Virus record (IMG/VR): IMGVR_UViG_3300046007_010355
Coordinates: 1 to 53,617 of that record
Length of the DNA stretch: 53,617 bases
Direction: 5' to 3' (one strand)
DNA from: a virus
Lineage: Duplodnaviria; Caudoviricetes
Shown here: piece by piece, positions 27,162 to 35,417 of the stretch
Layout of the letters: each line of letters opens with the position of its first letter
Numbering within the stretch: the first letter of the stretch is position 1
Program-made: the position numbers and the translations under genes
Notes under the pieces: generated by a model
What the model was told of the DNA's origin: nothing
Seen by the model: only the letters and a program-made list of their open reading frames with translations
Database searches by the model: none

Positions 27162-28094
27162 TCATTGTTCATAAATTCTAGCAAGTTTGATTAAAGTAGC
27201 TGACAGATTAATTTCCGGATCTGCAATAATCGTATGATCGATCAATCCTTGTTTTATAACTAATAATGAAGAATCTTGTTTTTCTTCTGTATCACCAAAT
27301 AAATTAATATTCTGATACATCCATGTATATACTTCACTGATTTCTTCAGGACGAATTCTCCCGCACAATAACGTTCTTGCTTCTCGAATTTTTCCCTTTT
27401 TAAATAATTCGACCATTTCAAATTTAAAATCACCGTTAATTTCAGTGTTATGACGAGGGATGTTTAGATTTTTATCTTCATCGACATTTTGTTGAACTGT
27501 ATTGATACATTTTCTTAAATCTGGATAGGTTGTTTTAACATATGTATCTAGCGTATCTAAATTGAAATTAACATTTTCACTTACTAAAATTGTGGCGATT
27601 CTGGCTGTAAATTCAGTCTGATCAGTTTTTTCGAAATGAAATCCCTGACACCTGCTATGTATAGCAGGGATAATTCTATACATATAATTACATGTAAGAA
27701 TAAATCGGCTAGTATTTGAATATTGTTCCATTACGCCCCTTAAAATTGCTTGGGCATTTGGAGTTAAATAATCTGCTTCATCTAATAAAACAACCTTAAA
27801 ATCTCCAAATGGAATCATTTGAACAAAATTAATAATCTTATCTCGTACTGTTTCGACGTTATTTTCTCGGCTTGCATTTATTTCTAAGACATCTAAATCT
27901 TCAATTCCTATTTCATTAATTAAGATTTTAGCCAGGGTAGTCTTACCAATACCTGCTGCACCACTGAATAATAGATGTGGGAAAGATTTGTCTTTAATCC
28001 ATCTGGTTACCTGTTGTTTCTGTTCGTTGTCTTTAAAAACATATTCAGTAATTGTTTTAGGTCTATATTTTTCTACCCATAGGTTATTTTTCAT
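27162..28094 (-). CDS. Clamp loader subunit (T4 gp44 / RFC small subunit-like)
   Basis: LWVEKYRP, GAAGIGKTT, INAS, LLDEAD, SRC. Confidence 0.93.
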   Translation of the reverse strand: MKNNLWVEKYRPKTITEYVFKDNEQKQQVTRWIKDKSFPHLLFSGAAGIGKTTLAKILINEIGIEDLDVLEINASRENNVETVRDKIINFVQMIPFGDFKVVLLDEADYLTPNAQAILRGVMEQYSNTSRFILTCNYMYRIIPAIHSRCQGFHFEKTDQTEFTARIATILVSENVNFNLDTLDTYVKTTYPDLRKCINTVQQNVDEDKNLNIPRHNTEINGDFKFEMVELFKKGKIREARTLLCGRIRPEEISEVYTWMYQNINLFGDTEEKQDSSLLVIKQGLIDHTIIADPEINLSATLIKLARIYEQ

Positions 28095-28378
28095 CTTAAT
28101 GATTCCATTGTAATTATTTTGCCTAACTCATTACCAATATCTGCATCTCCTGTAATTATGTACATTTGATGATGAACCCGATCTTTTACTCGATCGACTT
28201 TGGTTGTTTCAATTACATATCCGCCATTTGCTCGATGTAACACGAATCTCATACCATCGCTTTGTAATTGGTCTCCCGGTGAAGTTAATGATTGAGGAAT
28301 ATCTTTTATCATGAGCGAACCCTCATCGACTTTATTAAGCCAATTTCTAACCCAATTTCTGAATCTATATTTTTTCAT
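28091..28378 (-). CDS. Hypothetical protein
   Basis: 95-aa ORF, ATGA-coupled. Confidence 0.75.
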   Translation of the reverse strand: MKKYRFRNWVRNWLNKVDEGSLMIKDIPQSLTSPGDQLQSDGMRFVLHRANGGYVIETTKVDRVKDRVHHQMYIITGDADIGNELGKIITMESLR

Positions 28379-28408
28379 TTGTTTTACAATTAATTTTAGG
28401 AGTTTAAT

Positions 28409-28873
28409 TTACCAGTTTTCTTTTTGACGTTCTGTTTCTGCAACTCGTTTACGCAGACTACTTGAACTAAAACTATGATCTCTGCCATTATAGATAATTT
28501 TTATGTTTCGGTTTTCACAAATTTCTTTACCTGTGAATTCTTTGTCTGCATATTCTATACCTAAAATTCTAACATGAATAGGCAGTGTTAGCAATATATC
28601 TTCTAGATCTTTTTCGGTTTGGTAAACAACTATTTCGTCCACATAGCGTACTGCCTGCAATTGTAATTGTCTTTCTACTATAGTCTGTACTGGTTTATTT
28701 TTTGTGTCAGGTCTGTCAATAGTGGGATCAGTTTGTAAACCGGCAATTAGATAATCACAATGCAATTTTGCTTCTGCTAACATAGCCACATGACCTGCAT
28801 GTAATAAATCAAATGCAGAAAATACAATACCTACTGTTTTTTGTTCTAGTTCTTTAATCTTGTTGAATATCAT
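28409..28873 (-). CDS. Cytidylyltransferase (TagD-like, HxGH family)
   Basis: FDLLHAGH, KPVQ...ER, VDEI, FSSSSLR. Confidence 0.88.
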   Translation of the reverse strand: MIFNKIKELEQKTVGIVFSAFDLLHAGHVAMLAEAKLHCDYLIAGLQTDPTIDRPDTKNKPVQTIVERQLQLQAVRYVDEIVVYQTEKDLEDILLTLPIHVRILGIEYADKEFTGKEICENRNIKIIYNGRDHSFSSSSLRKRVAETERQKENW

Positions 28874-29021
28874 TTTTTTTCTTCACTAAAATGTTAATCA
28901 TTCTTGTTTTCCAAAGTTTAGCATCTTCTTCAAAATCAAATCTAGGGCTTAATTCGATCTCATGATTTTTATCTTCAACCCATACCCAACATTCATCATA
29001 ATCGACATGTAGCAATGTCAT
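28854..29021 (-). CDS. Small hypothetical protein, 55 aa (not in the ORF track)
   Basis: MTLLHVDYDECWVWVEDKNHEIELSPRFDFEEDAKLW... fills the gap, ATGA-coupled to the upstream gene. Confidence 0.6.
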   Translation of the reverse strand: MTLLHVDYDECWVWVEDKNHEIELSPRFDFEEDAKLWKTRMINILVKKKNDIQQD

Positions 29022-29269
29022 TTTTTAATCTCCGTTTTCAAAATATCAATTATTCTCTGTTTTTCTTGTTCTTTTAACCAATCAGTTTCGGTTATCCCAA
29101 ACTCTGGACATCTTTTTATAGCATCATCTAGAATCCATTTTAATCGATAAAGATCTTGTTTTGCACCCCAAGAAATATAACCGTCGTTATATCTATTTGA
29201 GGCGTCATAAGAAGCCGCATTGATTTCTCTTGCAGCGATAGCAATATTATAAGAATATTTAAAACCCAT
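29018..29269 (-). CDS. Hypothetical protein
   Basis: 83-aa ORF in operon. Confidence 0.75.
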   Translation of the reverse strand: MGFKYSYNIAIAAREINAASYDASNRYNDGYISWGAKQDLYRLKWILDDAIKRCPEFGITETDWLKEQEKQRIIDILKTEIKK

Positions 29270-29274
29270 TTAAT

Positions 29275-29637
29275 TTAAACTGTTAAATTAAAGTGTCCTT
29301 GTACAACTCTATGTACAGAATTTGAAGGTTGTTCATCTGAAGTAACTAGAATAGCGTCATTATCAATCATTCTAATTTCCATAATAGATCCATCAATATT
29401 TTCGTATTCAACAGTTCTAGTCCATCTACCATGTTGAATCAATATCCAATCGCCTACTTTAACATCTTTTTGGTCGTCACCTATAGCCCATACTTTAGCC
29501 CAACGGGGATGAATTCCGCTGCCTTTTGCATTGTCACTTGGAACAATTAACCCCGCGGCAGTTTTTTGTTCGCCGAAGTCCATATCTGAAACAAATACTT
29601 TATCTCTTAATGGTTTAATTTTTCCTTTAACTTTCAT
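29275..29637 (-). CDS. groES: Co-chaperonin GroES-like
   Basis: IKPLRDKVFV, KTAAGLIVP, VKVGD. Confidence 0.85.
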   Translation of the reverse strand: MKVKGKIKPLRDKVFVSDMDFGEQKTAAGLIVPSDNAKGSGIHPRWAKVWAIGDDQKDVKVGDWILIQHGRWTRTVEYENIDGSIMEIRMIDNDAILVTSDEQPSNSVHRVVQGHFNLTV

Positions 29638-29639
29638 TT

Positions 29640-29903
29640 TTATCCTTTATTTTTTGTTGATTGATTATTTGAAGTAAAATTTGTAGGTTGTGGTACATCT
29701 ACTCTGGGAGTAGGTTTGGATTCGGGATGTCCTTCATAATAATCTTTCATAATATCTTCACGTTTACGAACAATACGTCCTCCCTGTCCTAGTTCATCTC
29801 CTCTAGCATTAACTTTTTGATTACCTACGGCAGGTGTAAGTTCTTGCTGACGCATTAATTTTTCCATATCTATAGTTTTTCCCTGCATTGTTCTGTATAC
29901 CAT
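29640..29903 (-). CDS. Conserved phage hypothetical protein
   Basis: YRTMQGKTIDM...AVGNQKVNARGDELG. Confidence 0.8.
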   Translation of the reverse strand: MVYRTMQGKTIDMEKLMRQQELTPAVGNQKVNARGDELGQGGRIVRKREDIMKDYYEGHPESKPTPRVDVPQPTNFTSNNQSTKNKG

Positions 29904-29904
29904 T

Positions 29905-30429
29905 TTAATTCTCCTTTAGAAATTCTGTTATGTCTAAATTATATTTAATACTATCTATTCTATGCACACCTAGTAAAAAGAGAACATAACTTGCTACACT
30001 AGATCCTCGACCTACTCCGAATACTAAATTTTCTTGCTGCATAAAGTCTACAAGGTATTTTAAAAATTTTAACACATCTAACATATTATATTTTTTATAA
30101 AGTTCTAATTCTGAATTTACTCTCAGTATTTCTAGTTCGGTTTTACATTTTTCATGTATATGAGAAATTATATCTAAATTTTTAAAGTTTTGCGGAATAA
30201 ACCAATTTGATCTGTTATATTCATCAAATTTTTCTATTGATAGTTGATGGTCCGATTGTGGTTCAGACAGTTTTTGAATTTTATCACCATTCAAATCTAT
30301 TGATGAATTGAATTGATCAGGATCAAAATCTATTAGAACATTTTCTAGACTTTGAAGTTGACCGGAATATAATGCATCAAATATCTCTTGTTCGTTTAGT
30401 AGAATTTGACTGAATTTATCTATTTTCAC
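29905..30429 (-). CDS. DNA polymerase III alpha subunit fragment (stand-alone)
   Basis: GVGRGSSVASYVLFLLGVHRIDSIKYNL matches the DnaE GRGS region; only 174 aa. Confidence 0.75.
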   Translation of the reverse strand: MKIDKFSQILLNEQEIFDALYSGQLQSLENVLIDFDPDQFNSSIDLNGDKIQKLSEPQSDHQLSIEKFDEYNRSNWFIPQNFKNLDIISHIHEKCKTELEILRVNSELELYKKYNMLDVLKFLKYLVDFMQQENLVFGVGRGSSVASYVLFLLGVHRIDSIKYNLDITEFLKEN

Positions 30430-30976
30430 TCAGACCACCTTTAATAATTGTGGGTTTAAATTTTGATTCATTAGTAAGATTAAGTTCGTTCCAAGTTGTT
30501 TTTGTGTTTGATCCAGTGTACACATTATCTTGATTCCACCAATAATCGCCTTGCAGTTGTAGATTCGAATCATATGGGCTTACAATATTATATTGTACAT
30601 TATCTCCTATCATACTTGCAATAGTCAAATATTGTATATCGAAGTAGTTGGATGTAATTGTTTGAAATTTTACCATTAATACAGCACCGATAAAAAAATC
30701 ATATGTTTCTGCAGGAAACAAAATTAAATTATTACCGAATTCTCTTAAGTTTGAAAGATGTTCATATTCTTCCCACACAAAAATTGAATTTTGCAAGTAA
30801 TTGTGTGTTAAATATTTTATTCTTTGTAATCCTAATCCGATGTTTTCTCCAGATACTTCTAATGGATCTATTCCTACTTTGATAGTATATAAATTTGGGT
30901 AAACAACTTTATCGTTTATTATCGAACAACTGAAATCTAACGATACTACAAAGACACTTAACACATCAGTTAACAT
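30416..30976 (-). CDS. Hypothetical protein
   Basis: 186-aa ORF, exact start uncertain. Confidence 0.7.
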   Translation of the reverse strand: MLTDVLSVFVVSLDFSCSIINDKVVYPNLYTIKVGIDPLEVSGENIGLGLQRIKYLTHNYLQNSIFVWEEYEHLSNLREFGNNLILFPAETYDFFIGAVLMVKFQTITSNYFDIQYLTIASMIGDNVQYNIVSPYDSNLQLQGDYWWNQDNVYTGSNTKTTWNELNLTNESKFKPTIIKGGLSENR

Positions 30977-31208
30977 TTATTAATTCATCTAAATCTTTAT
31001 CTTGTTTTTTTATCAGTTTTTGTGTAGCTTCAAAATGTCTTTTTTGTTGCTCAAATTTAAATGTTTCTAAAGCTGCAAGTATTTGTTCACAAATAGCTCC
31101 GTGTCCATTTCGTGCAGCTATAAAATATTTTTTATTTAAATCTAATATTTTTGATTCTAACTCTTGATCTTTTAATTTACTAACATCGGGTAACAAAGGA
31201 TTATACAT
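30966..31208 (-). CDS. Hypothetical protein
   Basis: 80-aa helical ORF. Confidence 0.75.
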   Translation of the reverse strand: MYNPLLPDVSKLKDQELESKILDLNKKYFIAARNGHGAICEQILAALETFKFEQQKRHFEATQKLIKKQDKDLDELINVN

Positions 31209-31210
31209 AT

Positions 31211-31759
31211 CTATCCTCTTTTTGTAACGAACAGACTGGTTCCTCCGTTATCTGTCCATAAATCAAAAAATGTTATACTAGTAGCTGTCACACTGGTTGG
31301 TAAAGTTAGTGAACCAATTGCAGTAACAGAACCACCAAATGTGACCAGAGTAGTCGAAGTTGTGGTCGGTGTTATACTTAAGGTTACGTTTGCATATCCT
31401 TGACTGGGCCAATTATCTACTGTAAAAGTTGTAGTACCTGGGGTAAGACTAAATTTTTGATAATTACTTTCTAAGAAATTAATACTTACATTACCAGAAG
31501 TGGGAGAAGTGGTATAGTCAACAGTTTTAACCCCATAACTTTGTAGAATTGGTTTTTTTAAATTATTATATCCAAAATCATTATTACCCCCTAGTGTAAC
31601 AGCATTTAACTGAAGACTTTCTAAATCGGCGTTGGTTGCACTAAAGGCATTAAAAATATTTCTAAAATTATCTCTAAAACCTTGACTGTCATTGTCTTTT
31701 CCCGCTTGTGGGAAATCTGTCCTAATTTTATTAAAATATATACTAGCAGTTGTGGTCAC
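31211..31759 (-). CDS. Putative virion structural protein
   Basis: FPQAGKDNDSQGFRDNF N-terminal motif, Thr-rich body; GTG start after GGAG. Confidence 0.65.
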   Translation of the reverse strand: MTTTASIYFNKIRTDFPQAGKDNDSQGFRDNFRNIFNAFSATNADLESLQLNAVTLGGNNDFGYNNLKKPILQSYGVKTVDYTTSPTSGNVSINFLESNYQKFSLTPGTTTFTVDNWPSQGYANVTLSITPTTTSTTLVTFGGSVTAIGSLTLPTSVTATSITFFDLWTDNGGTSLFVTKRG

Positions 31760-31796
31760 TATGTCACTCCATTTCTAATATTTAATGAGATATTTT

Positions 31797-34700
31797 TTAT
31801 TGTATTTTTTTCTTTAAATCATCTATTTCTTTTGACAATTCTTGAATAGCTTTTACTATAATAGGTATCAATCTATCAGTAGATACTGTATATCTTTCTG
31901 GATCACCTATACCTACAATATTGGTCCATTCCGCATTGTGTTTTTTAATAATAGTCTGTAATTGTTGTGCAAGAAATCCGGTTTGAGTCATACCTTTTTT
32001 ACCATCCAAAGGAGCATTCCTCATATTCCATTCAAACTTAACCGGTTCTATTTCGTTAACAAATTTTAATCCCAATGGCAGTGGTTGTATATTAGTTTTA
32101 TCCCTACAATCAGAATAGGCTGTAAAGGCAACTGCTACCCTTGAACAGGTTATACTTGCATTTCCAATTGTGACAGAATTACAAGCTGTATCGTTGTAAG
32201 ATGTAGCTTGACAGCCTATTATGATGTTATTACATCCGGCTATCATGTTATACGCAGCACAAGTTCCTAAATATGTATTGTTATCACCTTCGCCACTGGT
32301 TGCGTTATATCCGATTACAACGTTATTACAACCGGTTTTATTGCTATACATCGCACAACATCCGATGGCAATATTTCCATTACGGCCACCGTTATATAAT
32401 GCAGCACTTCCAATTGCAATGTTGTCATATCCGGCATCATTTTTTTGGCTCATACTAAGCAAGCCTACAGCAATGTTATAACATCCTGTAGAGGTGCAAC
32501 ACAATGCACAATGGCCTATGGCTATGTTCAGCTGGGCATCATTATTTTTTAATGCATCTGTGCCTATTGCAATATTGCATCCACCGCATGTATTAAGCAA
32601 CAGAGAATTCCTGCCTATTGCAATATTTTCACATCCAGTTTTATTTACAGTTAGTGCACAATTACCTATAGCAATATTACACATTCCTAATGTTTGTTGC
32701 TGTAAACTTTGTCTTCCTATTGCTATGTTGCTAGATCCACCTGTATTTCCGCACATTGAGTACTCACCTATAGCAATATTATGATTTCCAGTACGATTAA
32801 ATCGTAATGGAAAATACCCAATGGCAACATTATTAGATCCGCTATCACTACAATATGCAGCTAATGCTCCTATTGCTATATTAAAGTCAGCTACGCATGC
32901 CGATAATAATGCGCTATCTCCAATTGCAACATTTTGACTTCCGCGAACAAAACGCAGGGTTTGATCACCTATCGCTATATTAGCATTTCCTCCCATTTGC
33001 TCACCAGCAAGATTACCTATGGCAATTGCCTCTGATGTTCCGGTATTGACAGAAGTCATTGCATTATGACCTATGGCGATCAACCCAGTTTGACCATTTA
33101 AATTAAGTAACGCTGATGATCCGACAGCAACATTACAACGGCCTGTTGTATTGCATTTTAAAGCTTGATATCCTACTGCTATATTATTACAACCATTAGT
33201 GATACATTTACTAGACTCAAAACCTAGTGCAACGTTAGCCTCGCCAAATGATAGTCCTAGAAATACACAGCCTCCTATTCCAACATTTGAATGACCGGTT
33301 GAATTTGATTTACCTGCATCCCTTCCTAGAAACACATCATGACCTACTGCTCCTAGTGCGGAGTTGTTGGTATGACCGTATACTGTTCCTAAAGTGGTAG
33401 GGGTCGCAGCACTTACTGTACTAGATGAACCACTAAATCCGCTTATACCTGAATAACCACTATCTCCAGAATACCCACTAGCTCCTGAATACCCACTAGC
33501 TCCTGAATACCCACTCGGTCCTGAATATCCACTCGGTCCTGAATATCCACTCGGTCCTGAATACCCACTCGGTCCTGAATATCCACTCGGTCCTGAATAT
33601 CCACTCGGTCCTGAATAACCACTAAATCCACTCCAACCACTAATGCCAGAAAATCCACTTAGTCCTGAATAACCTGATGCTCCACTCCAGCCACTCGGTC
33701 CTGAATAACCACTAAATCCACTTATACCTGAATACCCTGAGATACCTGAATACCCTGAGATACCTGAATAGCCACTTACGGTTTCTCCACTAAATCCACT
33801 TATACCTGAATAGCCTGAGATACCTGAATAACCGCTACTGCTTGAATATCCTGAGATACCAGAATAACCGCTAATACCTGAATAGCCTGAGATACCTGAG
33901 TAACCGCTAATACCTGAATAGCCTGAGATACCTGAGTAACCGCTCAATCCTAACCCACTATATCCGCTAATACCTGAATAGCCTGAGATACCCGAATAGC
34001 CTGAGATACCCGAATAGCCTGAGATACCTGAATAGCCTGAGATACCTGAGTAACCGCTACTACTTGAATAGCCTGAGATACCTGAATATCCTGAGATACC
34101 TGAGTAACCGCTACTGCTTGAATAGCCTGAGATACCTGAATAGCCTGAGATACCAGAATAGCCTGAGATACCAGAATAGCCTGAGATACCTGAATAGCCA
34201 CTCAGTCCTACCCCACTATATCCGCTAATACCTGAATAACCGCTAATACCTGAATATCCTGAGATACCTGAATATCCTGAGATACCTGAGTAACCGCTAC
34301 TGCTTGAATATCCTGAGATACCTGAGTAACCGCTAATACCTGAATAACCACTGTATCCACTTTCGGCGGTTCCTGAATACCCTGAGATTCCTGAATAACC
34401 TGAGTAACCGCTACTGCTTGAATAGCCTGAAATACCTGAGTAACCGCTAATACCTGAATAGCCTGAATACCCGCTATGACCGCTATAACCGCTAGTACCT
34501 GATCCTGAATAGCCTGAGATACCTGAATATCCTGAGATACCTGAATATCCTGAGATACCTGAATAGCCTGAGATACCTGAATAGCCTGAGATACCTGAAT
34601 ACCCTGAGTGCCCGCTATATCCACTCGAAGCTATTCCCGAATAGCCAGAGATACCCGAATAGCCTGAGATACCTGAATAGCCTGAGATACCTGAATAGCC

Positions 34701-35408
34701 TGAGTAACCGCTAATACCTGAATATCCACTGTAACCTTGATCTCCCTTGTCACCTGTTCTAGCAAATGTAATTACTATGTCTTCGTTATTAACAAAAGAT
34801 GAAACAGACCCCGAAACGTATGCACAATCTACCGTAAAGTATCCTGTATTTTCAGTAAGAGAACTAATAGTATATAAAACAAAACTATTGAAATCGCTTT
34901 TCTTTGTAACCTTAAAATGTCCTTTAATAGTGCTAGTGCTGTCGTCTATTGTACGTAAAAACAGTTGAATATCAAAAGGACCATCCTGTTCGTCATCTAT
35001 ATATAATTGTGTTGCTAAAGTTAAATCACCACTGTTAAATTTAAGTTTTCCACTTGTAGGATCAGTGTTTGTCGTAATTGTACTAAAGGTATAATCAAAT
35101 GCTGCACCACCAAATCCGCCTATTTGACCGCTATAACCGCTAAATCCGCTCCACCCACTAATACCAGAATAACCGCTAATACCAGAATAACCGCTAATAC
35201 CAGAATAACCGCTAATACCAGAATAACCAGAGTGACCACTAAATCCCCTTGGACCGGTAGGACCTTTAGCGCCCGACGTTGCCAACCATGATTGGGCAGC
35301 AGGTAGCGTTAGCGACTGATTGACGCCCTGGTCTTGAACTATAATTAAAGTTTGATTAGTAGGACTTGTTAGTTCTGGAAGATTGACTAAATCTGGTCTT
35401 GTTGTCAT
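31797..35408 (-). CDS. Tail fibre with (SGX)n repeats, Cys-rich NIAIG beta-roll repeats and a C-terminal intramolecular chaperone (S74-like)
   Basis: Long SGYSGISGY tracts; repeated NIAIG..AL units; SDCRDKTNI...GFLAQ...IVKAIQEL. Confidence 0.85.
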   Translation of the reverse strand: MTTRPDLVNLPELTSPTNQTLIIVQDQGVNQSLTLPAAQSWLATSGAKGPTGPRGFSGHSGYSGISGYSGISGYSGISGYSGISGWSGFSGYSGQIGGFGGAAFDYTFSTITTNTDPTSGKLKFNSGDLTLATQLYIDDEQDGPFDIQLFLRTIDDSTSTIKGHFKVTKKSDFNSFVLYTISSLTENTGYFTVDCAYVSGSVSSFVNNEDIVITFARTGDKGDQGYSGYSGISGYSGYSGISGYSGISGYSGISGYSGIASSGYSGHSGYSGISGYSGISGYSGISGYSGISGYSGISGYSGSGTSGYSGHSGYSGYSGISGYSGISGYSSSSGYSGYSGISGYSGTAESGYSGYSGISGYSGISGYSSSSGYSGISGYSGISGYSGISGYSGISGYSGVGLSGYSGISGYSGISGYSGISGYSGISGYSSSSGYSGISGYSGISGYSSSSGYSGISGYSGISGYSGISGYSGISGYSGISGYSGLGLSGYSGISGYSGISGYSGISGYSGISGYSGISGYSSSSGYSGISGYSGISGFSGETVSGYSGISGYSGISGYSGISGFSGYSGPSGWSGASGYSGLSGFSGISGWSGFSGYSGPSGYSGPSGYSGPSGYSGPSGYSGPSGYSGPSGYSGASGYSGASGYSGDSGYSGISGFSGSSSTVSAATPTTLGTVYGHTNNSALGAVGHDVFLGRDAGKSNSTGHSNVGIGGCVFLGLSFGEANVALGFESSKCITNGCNNIAVGYQALKCNTTGRCNVAVGSSALLNLNGQTGLIAIGHNAMTSVNTGTSEAIAIGNLAGEQMGGNANIAIGDQTLRFVRGSQNVAIGDSALLSACVADFNIAIGALAAYCSDSGSNNVAIGYFPLRFNRTGNHNIAIGEYSMCGNTGGSSNIAIGRQSLQQQTLGMCNIAIGNCALTVNKTGCENIAIGRNSLLLNTCGGCNIAIGTDALKNNDAQLNIAIGHCALCCTSTGCYNIAVGLLSMSQKNDAGYDNIAIGSAALYNGGRNGNIAIGCCAMYSNKTGCNNVVIGYNATSGEGDNNTYLGTCAAYNMIAGCNNIIIGCQATSYNDTACNSVTIGNASITCSRVAVAFTAYSDCRDKTNIQPLPLGLKFVNEIEPVKFEWNMRNAPLDGKKGMTQTGFLAQQLQTIIKKHNAEWTNIVGIGDPERYTVSTDRLIPIIVKAIQELSKEIDDLKKKIQ
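33430..34740 (-). repeat. Coding tandem repeat of 9/18-nt units (Ser-Gly-Tyr/Ile/Phe/Pro)
   Basis: For example cctgagatacctgaatag repeated many times; a shorter tract lies at about 35120-35250. Confidence 0.9.
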
Positions 35409-35417
35409 GTTTTACTC

